NCBI RefSeq assembly: GCF_011745625.1
Contig: NW_027191453.1
Location: forward strand, 372,001-436,000
Length of the DNA stretch: 64,000 nt
Direction of reading: 5' to 3'
DNA from: Cladosporium halotolerans
Taxonomy: Eukaryota
Positions 45,503 to 57,304 of the stretch are shown here, in pieces; positions within the stretch are counted from its first letter, which is position 1; every line of letters begins with the position of its first letter. The position numbers were made by a program, and so were the translations under genes. The notes below the pieces were generated by a model, which saw only the letters and a program-made list of their open reading frames with translations, made no database searches and was not told where the DNA came from.

Positions 45503-45816
45503 AGAAAGGATTGCTGAGTTGGTGGATGGTTTGGGAAGGGCTGGAGGACGGGTTTCGATGGTTCTGCTGCGAATGGTGTCTTGGGTTGATGGCCGGGCTG
45601 GACGGCGGTTGTGAATGGTTTGGATGCAAATGGGTTTTCCAAAAGTTCGGGAAGGAGGAGCAATGGGCCCTTGCAGCTGACTGAACGGATTGGAGAGCGA
45701 GTTGGTTATTTTCATTGGGAAACTTGAGTTCAACACTCTCGGCAGATAGCACATTGACAGCCGCAGGCTGAGCGCACCTTCAACAGGCTGTGCGATCAAG
45801 TAAATGAATTCAGTCG

Positions 45817-47043
45817 TCAAAAAAACACATCACCTTTCATCAATATCCTAGCTGTGCGGTGTAGGAGCGCGCTTTCGAGTTTGCCGTCTTTGAAGACACT
45901 GCCGACGTCAAGCTGCCCGCTCGCATGTGCAATTCTGATGCTTTCCCTCCCTTCCGCTCCAACAGCGACCTGGGCGGCGATTGTCCCTGGAATGCGACAT
46001 ATCGCACCCAAGTTGAGGGCCAGAGTAAGCGGAACAGCTTTGTGTGCTTGCTGCATTGACAGAGCGCGGCACACGATGTGCACGCCGTGGTCTATGTCTG
46101 ACTGAGAGGGCGACGAGAGCAGAACAATCTTTGGAACACTTTGCGTTCCGGGATCTAGTCCCATAGCTGCTGCACCGGCCTGGCGGATATCTTCCAAGCG
46201 TTCCATCAATGCACCGTTGGCTCCCAGTACGTCAGGATGAATGTCGCCAGGTAAACCGAGCTCAGACGCGAGAACAAAGACGCCAGGATTAGCTATGTCT
46301 GACAATGTGGCTCGGACTGTGCTACCATCACCTAGGCAGAGAGTGTCTATCGCGTTGCCGGTAGGTAAAGCGTACCCGGTCTTTGCGCCGCCTGGGTCAC
46401 GGAAGGAAAGGGTTATCATCGAGCCAGTGCCTCCCACACCATCGATGCTATAGTCGCCCAGAGGGTTGAATGCAGTCCGATCAGAGTTCACTCGAAATGT
46501 ATTGTAGACTTCCTTGGACGTGTTGGTGTTGAACATGCGGACGGTCACCTCATCGTTATCTCCAGCCAGACCTTTCGCTTTGACAAGACCTTCGTTGAAA
46601 GCAAAGGGTCCGACTACCGAGGACATGTTCCCACAATTCCCGGCTACGTCCAGGTGACCATCCTTGATGCCAACCTGAACAAAGGTGTAATCGACATCAA
46701 TCCCTGGTCGAGATGATCTCTCGACCACGCAGATCTTGCTTGTCGAGGAGATTCCAGATCCCATGCCGTTGAGCTGGCGGCCAAAAGAGTCAGGCGACCC
46801 CATAGCCCTCGATAAGATAGGCTGCCAGCGTGCTGTACCGGGTGGCAAGTCCGACTTGTGGATCATGAGCCCATTCGACGTGCCCCCTCGAGCAAAGGAT
46901 GCTGGAAAGCTAGCAGTCATCTCGCTTGCCTGGGAGAAAGTGCGCCCATTCGTTTGCAGAAATGGACGTTGTGAGAAGATGTTTGTGCGAACACTGGCGG
47001 TCCTGCAGTCTAAAGAGAGTCTGCAGGGTGCTACCAAACGCAT
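45817..47043 (-). CDS. prpF: PrpF/DUF453-family isomerase (methylaconitate/aconitate isomerase-like), possible mitochondrial presequence
   Basis: RGGTSNGL, MGSPDSFGRQLNGMGSGISSTSK, DYTFVQV, GNCGNMSS, SMQQAHKA and RTARILMKG. Arg/Ser-rich leader from ATG 47043; second ATG at 46920. Confidence 0.9.
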   Translation of the reverse strand: MRLVAPCRLSLDCRTASVRTNIFSQRPFLQTNGRTFSQASEMTASFPASFARGGTSNGLMIHKSDLPPGTARWQPILSRAMGSPDSFGRQLNGMGSGISSTSKICVVERSSRPGIDVDYTFVQVGIKDGHLDVAGNCGNMSSVVGPFAFNEGLVKAKGLAGDNDEVTVRMFNTNTSKEVYNTFRVNSDRTAFNPLGDYSIDGVGGTGSMITLSFRDPGGAKTGYALPTGNAIDTLCLGDGSTVRATLSDIANPGVFVLASELGLPGDIHPDVLGANGALMERLEDIRQAGAAAMGLDPGTQSVPKIVLLSSPSQSDIDHGVHIVCRALSMQQAHKAVPLTLALNLGAICRIPGTIAAQVAVGAEGRESIRIAHASGQLDVGSVFKDGKLESALLHRTARILMKGDVFF

Positions 47044-47480
47044 TCCCGAAATGTGGAAGCTTTCCGAGCTGGACCAGATGTGCAGGGTAGGGTAAAGCAG
47101 AATCGCTTGCCGGAAGACTATGTATGTACTGATTGTGTTTATTGGAGGCTTACGTACAGAACTAGGGATAATGACAGTCGTTCTTCGACAAATGTACAAA
47201 TTTCACGAGAGGTGTGAGAGATGATCCCGCTTGCTGTTGGAAGTGAAGTCGGAAGTGAAGTCGGACGTGATCGCTGCGACGCCGGCAGCTCGGCTTCGCG
47301 CCGCACCTTCCAAACGCAGCTCCAGCGTGATGTAGTGCTGGTCGTACTCGCGAACACAGCCGTCATACTAGCAACATCCCATCACAAACCACCGACATCT
47401 AAACACTTCGCCCTCGCCATCGCCAATTCAAAGAATCACATCCTACTATCTGACGGCAAACCAGAGGCAACACCGCCACC

Positions 47481-48816
47481 ATGGCTCAAGAAGACGTCGC
47501 CAAACGCATCGAAGAGGCGAAGAAGCTCTCCAAAGACCAGCCCTCAAAAGCCGAAGCGATCTACAAAGACATTCTCTCACAACCGCCCGGAACAAGCGAT
47601 AAGGCCGTTCGCGAGTTCGAGACTGCGCTGCTGGGACTGGGAGAGCTATACAGAGATCACCAGAGGACACAAGATTTGGCGAACCTGATACAGCAGACGA
47701 GAGATGTGCTCACCACTTTCGCAAGAGCGAAGACGAGCAAGCTGAGTGAGTTGGAATCTAAGAGATGTAATATCCACATCGGCATGTCAACGCTAACACA
47801 TTCGCGCAGTCCGCCAGCTGCTCGACCTCTTCCAACCCATCCCCAACACCAACGAGATCCAAACCTCCGTCACCAAATCATGCATCGACTGGGCCGTATC
47901 ACAGCGACAGGGCTTCCTGCGCCAGAACCTCGAAGTGCGACTCGTGGGACTCTACATGCAAAAGCAAGCATACTACGACGCGCTCACGCTCATCAACAAC
48001 CTCCTCAAGGAGCTCAAGCGGCTAGACGACAAGCTCGTGCTCGTCGAAGTCCAGCTGCTCGAGAGCAAAGTCTACCACGCGCTCGGCAACGTGCCCAAAG
48101 GCCGCGCCGCGCTCACCGCCGCGCGCACCAGCGCCGCGAGCGTCTACTGCCCGCCGCTCCTGCAAGCCGGCCTGGACATGCAATCGGGCCAGCTGCACGC
48201 GGAGGACGGCGACTTCAACACGGCCTTCTCGTACTTCATCGAGGCGATGGAGGGCTACACGTCGCAGGACGAGACGGCCAAGGCCACCGCCGCGCTGCAG
48301 TACATGCTGCTGTGCAAGGTGATGCTGAACCTGGGCGACGACGTCAGCACGCTGATGACCTCCAAGCACGCGATCAAGTACGCGGGCGCGGGGCTCGACG
48401 CCATGAAGGCCGTCGCGCGCGCGCACACGCACCGCAGCCTGGAGGAGTACGAGAGCGCGCTGCACGCGTACCGCCGCGAGCTGGGCGGCGACCGCTTCAT
48501 TGCGTCGCACCTGCGCCGCTTGTACGATTCCATGCTCGAGCAGAACCTGATCAAGGTCATTGAGCCCTTCTCGCGCGTGGAAATCTCGCATGTCGCGGAG
48601 ATGGTCGGGCTGGACATTGCGCAGGTCGAGCGTAAGCTGAGCCAGATGATCCTTGACAAGGTCATTGTTGGCGTGCTGGACCAGGGAACTGGCGTCCTGA
48701 TCGTGTTCGAGGAGACGGAGCGCGACAAGGGCTACGATGCTGCGCTGGACACCATCGACAAGCTCGGCAGCGTCGTGGACGTGCTGTACTCGAACCAGGC
48801 GAGCTTGTTGGAGTAA
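47481..48816 (+). CDS. RPN6: 26S proteasome lid subunit Rpn6
   Basis: KELKRLDDKLVLVEVQLLESK, ALTAARTSAASVYCPP and the PCI domain LLEQNLIKVIEPFSRVE-like segment with ERKLSQMILDK; intron 47746-47809. Confidence 0.97.
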
Positions 48817-49324
48817 GGGCGCTTTCAACGTTATCACGACGGGCGGGCGGCGAGGGCGATAGAGAGGCACATTGATGGGAACGAGAAGACCAAGAGGCTA
48901 ATCTGTAGTTATAGAGATCAATGAGAAAGTCACGCCCATGCCGTCTAGAGCCCGAGTCCCGTTTGCAATTATCTTGAAGTTTGCATTCTCATCCGAACTA
49001 TCGTCGTATTGTCTACACGAGTGGTATACTACTTGCCCGCAGGTCGAAGAACGAAACAGCGCAGGTAAAATGAAAAGCTTCGCAGCAAAGGTCCCCCACC
49101 GCAAAAGGATCCACGTGTGTTGCTCACCTCGCGCCAACAAACCGAGGAAGAAGACAACAACAAAAAAAGGTAGGAAAAAGTAAGCGAAGGGAGGATCAGC
49201 AGCCTTCTATCTCTCACCAAAGCCAGGCCGGCATCATCGTCGTCAGTCAGCATCGAACGTGTCTCGCCACCATCGCCTCGGCGACAACACAATCCCTCAA
49301 GTCACTCCCTCAGGAGCAACCTCT

Positions 49325-50181
49325 CTACTTCTTCGACTTGTTCGCCGACTCCTTAGCCTGCTCCTTGCCCTCCTTCGCCTGCTCCTTGGCCTGGTCGGCG
49401 GCCTCCTTGGCCTGGCCCTCGAGCTCGCCGCCGCGCTTGCGCGCCTCCGCGTACTTGTCCTCGCCGTACTTGCGGGCCTCGGCGTACCGCTCCTCGGCGT
49501 ACTTGCGCGCCTCCTCGGCCTTGGCGCCCGCGTTGTGCAGGTACTCGTGCGTCGAGTTGCGCGTCGCCTCGTACCGCGGCCGCGTGTAGTCGGCGACGAC
49601 GGTCAGGGCGTCGGAGAGGACGCGCAGGGCGAAGGAGAAGAGGGCGGAGAAGAGGACGAGGAGGGGGAAGCTGTTGGGGTGCTCCTTGCGGGTTTTGGAG
49701 AGTTCGTCTGGTAATGTTAGTCAGTGGTTGGGAGCGGAAGGAGTGAGAATGTGGATCGGGACTCACCAGTCCAGGCATCCTTGGCGTAGTTGTAAGGCCA
49801 GAAGACCCAGCTCTTGCCCGTCTCGTAGATGGTCTCGGGCTTCTCCTTGACGATGGGGAAGTGGCCGTCGACGGTCTCGAGGGCCTTGTCGCCCAGCTCG
49901 TCGGCCTTGTTCACGTACGGCTTGGCGTACTGGTAGGGAGTCTCGAGGTAGCCCTCGACGGGCTTGCCGAAGCGGGCGTAGGTGCCGTTGACGATCTCGA
50001 TGGACTTCTTGCCGTAGGGGTTGGCCTTGAAGGTGTCGATGCCGCTGGCGACGGTCGGGTAGGAGGTGATGTGGGACAGGGTCTTGGAGGTGGGCGAGCT
50101 GTCGCCGTTGACGACAGTCTCGGTGGTGGAGTGCGGCATGGCGGGCGATGGGGTGGGCGTGGTGTCTCTGGAGGAAGCCAT
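49325..50181 (-). CDS. CAP20: CAP20/MPL1-like perilipin (lipid-droplet protein)
   Basis: SKTLSHITSYPTV...FKANPYGKKS...PYVNKADELGDKALETVDGHFPIVK; intron 49766-49708; exon 2 ends with EARKYAEERYA/EARKYGEDKYA repeats; stop at 49325-49327. Confidence 0.82.
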
Positions 50182-51045
50182 GTGAGTATGCGTGAGGTAT
50201 GCGTGAGGCCGGGTGGACGGTAGGGCGGTGAGGTGGTGTTGCTGGATGGTTGAGGCGGCGCGGTCGACGGTCAATGGTGCGCGTCGCGCATCGATCGTGC
50301 CTTCCCCAAGCAAGGTGGTGCCATTGCGGCATCCACCACTCTCGACCGGCGGTCACTCACCTTTGGACTCGCTCGCTTCACTTTCACTTCACTTCACTTC
50401 ACTTCGCGTTCCAGGTGAGGGAAAGGACACAGGTCACAGGTCACAGGACGCGGAGGAGGGTATGTAAGACGGCGACGGCAGAGCAGCAGCAGGAGGGCTC
50501 GCTACCACTTAAGGCGGAGGCCTGGCGGCGACACACGTTGAGCTGCATGCCCATAGCACCACCCGTCGCCCTGCCGCCCGATTCCTGCCAACCAGCGCCG
50601 AGCTGGCGCGCGCACATGCTCTTCACGTGCTATCACATGTCAGCCCGGGGCACGTCATCCGTGGCGCGCGCGCGGGGCCCAGCAGCAGCGTCTGCGCGCT
50701 GGCAGAGCGAGCTGGCGGGCGGGCGCGCGTGCGTGCGTGCGATAACGAGTCGTCCACGGCGAATGCCACCGATGTAGCTGCGACGCGACGCACCTGGCGG
50801 CTGCCGACAGCAGGGCCGGGGAGGGCAGCGCGCCGGGGAGGGGTGCAATGGCATCAATGGAGGCGGTACGGGTGATTTGGCTGTCGCGCGCGCGTCTGTA
50901 ACGTCGGTCGCTAGAGCCCTGCTAAGGCACTGCTAAGGCACTCCGTCCCACGGCCCGGCGAGCGGCAGCCAGAAGCCGGGGCCCAGGGTTCGCCGCCACG
51001 GTCTAGCGAAGGCTGGCTCACACTGGATGTGCCCGGATGGAGGCG

Positions 51046-51085
51046 CTGATGCCCTGATGCCTTGATGCCCTGATGCCCTGATGCC
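51046..51085 (+). repeat. (CTGATGCC)5 tandem repeat
   Basis: ctgatgccctgatgccttgatgccctgatgccctgatgcc. Confidence 0.85.
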
Positions 51086-52692
51086 TGTCCCAGACGCCTG
51101 TGCCACATTCCGCATTCTCCCCTGCTGCTGCACCTCACCGCGACGCCTCGCCTCGCTCTGCACATCATCCCTCGGCACGCCGGCGAGCGCGCGGCGCCAT
51201 TGGCCCATCGCACCAGGTATCACCGCATCGACGTCGCACGGGGAGGGGCAGGCAAACGTTGGGAACGCAAACGAGGCGCGCTGGCTGCAGGGCTGCTGAC
51301 ATGTGATTGCCAAGCCTGGGAGCTGTGTCGACCTCCCAACCCGCAACCCGCAGCATCGCAGGCCGCGGAATGATGCCAATGCGAGGTGTCGCAGAAACGC
51401 CATGCACACCCAGCAGAGGCTGCAGGAAAACATGCCAACGCCCCGTGCGTTCTGTGCCGGACTGCCCACCTGCCTGTTTGTGCCATGACACCGCGCTCAT
51501 GCACGAGCCTGGGCGCCGATACCGTGATCGCGGTCTTCACATGTTGCCACGAGGGATCGATCGTTCGATGTGCGTGCATTGAAAAGCGGGAGCAATCCGG
51601 GTCTGGTGAGCTGCTATATCGCTCGTCTTCTGCCTTTCGACTGCTCAACGAAGTCTGCTACGATGCGATGAACACCTCGATGGATCGTCAAAAAAGCGTG
51701 TCGCCGAAAGCGACCTGACATCAAACGTCGGTACTACACCCACTTCCTCCGGGTTCTGCAGCCATCCAAATCAGCCATGATGCTTGCTCGTGCCACCAAA
51801 GCTTGCGAATAGCTCAACTACCGACTATGCGACATCCATCAGCACGTAGCCGCTCTCGCCACGAAGGCAGCATAAGTTGACGAGCGCGTAATCTTTGCCC
51901 GAAATTACCGCATTCAGTACTTTTGACGTGAGTAGGTATGCAGTTTCGGTTGAAAGCAGCCTCCCAGAACATCGGCTCGACTGTTCACATCCCCGGATGC
52001 CCCGGAGGTCATATTGCAAATGGCCCACGCGGATGCGGCTCGGGGTGAGTGCTCGAAACGTTCTGACGCTCGATCTGATGATGCCTGCCCTCGAAAGCGC
52101 AGCGACATGACATCCATCGTCGGGCACGGCAATGATTGCTCGAAACTAGCGCACCTCCGATATCAAATGCCTCATCAATGTGACGACCTGTACCCCTCAA
52201 CCTACGTCGAGAAGCCAGGCCCTGGCTCACATGTGTCGTCCAATCCTATCATGCCTACTATCCAGGTTTTCTTCTGCCCACGTTCCCGAACAATCGTTTC
52301 CTACCTTCCCACATGCCTCCTCCCGCATCCATGACCGTTGATGTAAGCTCGGCTGGCAAATCTGCCGGCGGCGGCGGCACGCCCACGAGTGCGCCTTTTG
52401 GCACCTTATGAAGACGGCATATATGCTCCGATGCTAGCGTACCCTACAATTAGGACGATCGGACCCTCCCAGCTAAAGCTCCGATATCTAGTCTGTCAGG
52501 GATGGTGGGTGGAGCCTATTCGTGTGCTGCGTTGTGGGGCGGTTGAGGGTAGGCCTGATGAGAGTGGGCAGAGAGTTGGGCAGAGAGTTCAGGATTGTTT
52601 GGTTCAAATTATAGTCATGTCCTGGTTAATCATGTCATGTAATGATACGTGCTTCACGATCAATCGCGCTGCGAAGACCACATTGCAGAAGC

Positions 52693-55600
52693 TCACTCCG
52701 CCGCCTGCGTTGCCGGGGCGATTTCTTCGTCGCTCCCGGTCTCATCCCTCGCACGCAGCACGCTTTCAAGCTCCGCCATCATTCGCCTAACGACGACCGC
52801 GTCTGCCGGGTAGTCGCCAGACCACCTGCAACCTTCATCCTGAATGACCCAAGTGGAAGCCCGAGAGCGAGATCCCTCGCTCTTCGCTTGGAATTTCCCC
52901 AGCATGGCCTTGAAGTTCCTCGGCCTCACCTGACCATCCACCCACTTGATCTTCGCAATCTGCTCAGGCGAAGGATGAGGCGTCGTCGTCGTGAACGATT
53001 CATCCTCCACTGATCGATCCGTCTCACTCGCCAGCTCCCCCTCAGCAACAGACACCCCATCAACCTCGCCCAGCACCTCCCCCCTCCGCCTCACCGTCGC
53101 CTCCCAAGACTCCCTCAACGCCAGGCCCTTCGCAAACGCCACCTTCCGATCAACACTATTCCCCACGATCTTCAGCTGCTGCGCCGGCGACCCCACGAGC
53201 ACCTCGTGGTCCAAGAACCCCTGCGCGCGCCGCGCCTCCATGATCGACAGGCTGCGGTGCTGCTCCCAGTGCACGCAGCGGCCGTTGAAGCCGCACTGCA
53301 GCTCGAACTTCGTCATGACCGTCGGGAAGAGACGGTCCGGGTCGACGCGCGAGTAGGACTTGCTGCGCGGGTGCGCGCGCACGGGGTTCGAGGAGTGCAG
53401 CCAGCGGTGCGCTTCGCCGGACGCGATGGTGCCGCTGTGCACGGCTTGCGCGAGGCCCATGCCGTGCGGGCGGAGGGGCACGCGCGACAGGCGCTGGCGG
53501 GTGGCGAGGCTTTGGTCGGATGCTGTGCGGTGGTCGGGGAAGGGGGGCAGATTTGGGGGAGGGAGTCGCCGATGTCTGGGAGGTCTTTGGTGGATTGTTT
53601 GGCGGAGACGAAGGGGAAGGGCGTGGGGTCGAATCTGCGGATGCCGAAGGGCAGGCCGTTGGAGGTTCTGCCTAGCTTGCGCTGGATCTCTTTGCCGGGA
53701 GGGTGGCCGTGTGTGCTGTACGACGGGTGTACGGGCTCGATGCCGGGTGCGCTGGCTACGATGAAGACGCGGGAGCGTTGTTGGGAGCTGCCTTGGGACC
53801 AGGCGTCTTCCAGGAATTGTTGGACTTGGTAGCCGAGAGCCACTAGGGCGGCTAGGATCTGCGAGAAGACGTTCTGTTTGCGGTCGTCCACGATAACATT
53901 ATTGGTCATAGGTACGACGTTCTCCAATATGAAGTATTGCGGGCTGTAGAAATCGACGAAGGACACTACTGAGGCCACCATGGATGCGTTCCGGAGCGAC
54001 TGCCAGCTCTGCTTATTCTGTTGCATGGCAGAGAATCCTGGACAAGGACTCCCTGCCAATGCGCATTCGATTTCTCCGATTTTTGCAATTCTGACGTCTT
54101 CGGATCCTTTTAGAGCCCGGCGGAGGTACTCGCTCACCGATCCCAGGAAGAACTGTACTTTCTCAGGCTCCTCAACGTTCGCCCTGTGGGAATGCAGGGC
54201 CGGCGCGTCCCAATCCACTGCATAACGTACTTGAGCTATGCCAGCATCCTCAAGGCCACGGCCAAAATTGCCACCTCCACAGAAGAGATCGAGGGCTGGC
54301 AAGGGTTTGGTGCCTGGGCTGGAAGAAGAAGTCCTCGGATCGTCATCGTGCGAGTATGGCGGCGTTGGCAGTGATGACTGAGAGGATAACGGATCACTCT
54401 CGAGTATGTAGAAACAGTCACCAGCTCCGTTGCAGTTGGAAGGTGATTTGACTTGATCTCTTGAAGGGAAATGTGCAACCTTGCAGTGCCGAAGAATCCG
54501 AGACGCAGGTAGGATGTATTCGTCGTCTAGCACGCGAAGCTCATTGGGTGGAGCGTCAGAGTCCTCGTCTGAAGTGCGCATAAATTTGCGCAAAATAATT
54601 TTCTCTTGGTCGAGATTGAAGTGAAGAATTCGCATCGGCTGCAAGAAGCTATCGGCGCCTATTTCAAACTCTGGGCTCACGAGGACAGGCTGCCCTACGT
54701 GATATTTTCTGCAGCAAGCTTCAAATTCTGTCAAGTGGTGATCCTGGCAGGCGAAATCTTCCGAGCGTAATGTCAAGAAGGCGTAACTATCTTCTTCCTC
54801 AACGGTCTTGAACTTCTGCCGGACGAAGTATCCAGACACGGCTTTTGGGTTGCTGACGAACCAAGAGACGTCCACAACTGCAATCACATCTTCGATTGGA
54901 ATAGCTTCTTTGCCACAGCTGCAGTTATCAGACAAAAACAACTCGTTCTCATAGGGATAATAAGAGTCGCCTATCGTTGTGTGCGACGATTCATATAGCC
55001 AAAGAACATCGAGCTTGGTCCTGCTTTCAAGATCGCGGCGGACCACTTGAACATAAGCGTACCACATTGTGGAGCTTGATTCTTTCCAGAACCCATCCGC
55101 GTCAGGTTTGATGCATACCACGTCTCCCCGATGAACTTTCAGAGGCCGGTGCTGCTCAAGATGCTCTACCAAGCTGGGTCGCTCGACATGTGCCGTATGC
55201 CACGGGGTAAGACCGAGCTCGAATTTCCTTTCCGTAATCTTTGCTTGCACCTTAGGAAGCGGCTCCTGCTCGGTGAGGTGCGATGCAAAATATGCATCAC
55301 TGAAGCAATCGTAGACGAAGGGCGTGACAATCGTTACGTCAGGTCCTGAAGATGACTGAAAAGGAATGGCTTCCAAGGCTAGTGGATTTATCTCTTGCCA
55401 TATCGGATGTCGCAGAAGTTTCAAATCGTCGCTGTCTATGCTGTAGCATTCTTTGTAAAGATAGTTAACATACGCCACCACAGAAGTCCCGAAGTCGGTC
55501 TGAAAGCCGCACTCCTGATGCCAAGATTGTATAGCGGATCCGTATTGCTGGCGAAGAAAAGATGGAAACATTGACCTAAACCGGCGTAGTGTCACATCTT

Positions 55601-56390
55601 CCTCATCAAGTAAGAACTCCACGAAGAACTTGGTGAACGTCGCTAGCCATATGAAAGGCTGGTGGAAGGCTTTGTATTCATCAGCCGGCTTTCCAAGTCG
55701 ATACCAGAACCCGTGCCCCTTAGCTCGAGGAGACTGTATGCAAATCTTGTCGTCGACGTCAGTGGAGTTACCGTCTCCGTAGCCGTCGATCGCAAGTATG
55801 CTGAAACTGATGTTGTGCACGTGAAAACTCAGGTCTGCGGCCGAAAGATATCCCGAGAAACAGAGCTCATCGACTCCAGCCTCGACCTGCAATCTGTCCA
55901 AAGTGCATAGCTCCAGCCCACGCTTCTTGCCTGGTACACGGTAGATGGAGAAGTCGTTCAATTCGATGTAAGAACTGCCGTCCTGGTCCGTCAAGGCATT
56001 TATAGACAGCTTTGAGATTGCGTCAGCTCCAGTAGCTACACATTTAGGGATTTGCCATCCAGAAAAAGCGATCCGTGGTAGGCTTAGTCGAGAGACTTGG
56101 ACATGACTGAGCTCGCGTGTATTGCGGCCTCGAATTCTTGCATCACAAACCTCGTCGAGCGCATCGTCGTCGCTGACAGATTCTTCAACGGTGTAAGGAC
56201 TGTCAAATGTCTCCAAAGTAAGATCGATAGCGTCGACACTGGCGTTCGAAGTGCGATAATCTTCCGGGCACGGTGCGAGGTCGTCGCTCTGTGGAGTTTT
56301 CAATCTACATCTGGTGAAGGGGTTGTCGTCGACTCTCCTCCTCTTGAATGTATCCATGTGGTCCTCTACCATTCCTTGAGCGTCACCCAT
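52693..56390 (-). pseudogene. dim-2: DIM-2 DNA (cytosine-5) methyltransferase interrupted by a 1-bp frameshift (real lesion or sequencing error)
   Basis: RFTS-like N-terminus (LNDFSIYR...WYRLGKPA..Y), BAH domains (ENELFLSDNCSC), motif I LDLFCGGGNFGRGLE, motif IV AGSPCPGFS, motif VI ILENV and motif VIII QQRSRVFI. Motifs IX/X (SIMEARRAQGF...VGNSV) lie in another frame; the frames join at the G6 run 53542-53547. Confidence 0.88.
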
Positions 56391-57304
56391 ACTTCAAACG
56401 CAAGTAGCCGGCAATTGTTGAAGGTCAGCCAGGAAAAGCCCCCGCAGTGCGCAGTGAGCATCAAAGTGCTCTAAAGAACGCCGTGGACGGCACGTGAGTT
56501 GCTATTCACAAGCCTGCTCGAGACAATAGCCTCGAGATCATAAAGTGAAGCGTTCCATATCCATGCGTTTTCTGCAAAGCGAGAGGTATTCAGACGGCCT
56601 GGAGCGCTCAAGTAATGCAGTGCGCGGAATCTGTGGCGATGTTGCGCGTGCCAGGCAGTGGACTGCTCAAGAATATTGCCCAGCGCGTGAAGTGATGTTG
56701 GAGCCAGACGCGAAGCCACCCTGGTCGCATGTGTCCAGGACTTGCCTCTTTTGACATTCCGAGGGCGGGGCATTGGCGCCGACAAACCGTGCCTTACCTT
56801 TTGGAGACGATGTCATATGCTCTAGCACGTGTCTGCGAATGAGCATACAGCGAATAATGAGCCAAGGCCAAACTGAAAATGCAGAATGAGAGTGTCCACA
56901 GGTAGCATAGTCCAGGAGCGTCGCTACCTCGAGAGATGGTGTACATGCGCGTGAGATGGTGCGTGGGATGGTAACCGCATGGTGGATGCGCCATTTCGTC
57001 CGAGACATCTCCGATGCATCCAGTCATTTGCGCAACACAGGACTGACTGAAATGCATCGGCAGAGCCATCCAGGTTCTCATATTGAAACGGATTTGTAAT
57101 GTTCATGTCAAGTTCTCTTTCACCTTGTAGAAGCGCAAGCAATGCCGGAGCTTCCACGAGTGTGTCATTGGAGACTTTGGTTTCTGACGTCAGCAAATCG
57201 CCATGGTCCACATCCAAACATTCTGTTTTATAGCTCTAAAGTAGCCCGCTGTGATTTTCTCGTAGAGTACAACAATTCATCTATTCTAATAACTCACATA
57301 CACA

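Noticed and set aside
56924..57217. Minus-strand peptide MNITNPFQYENLDGSADAF resembling the start of HET-domain proteins
   Set aside because: No downstream HET motifs (Y.ALSY.WG, LW.DA.CINQ) were seen in the frames I read; at most a tiny remnant.
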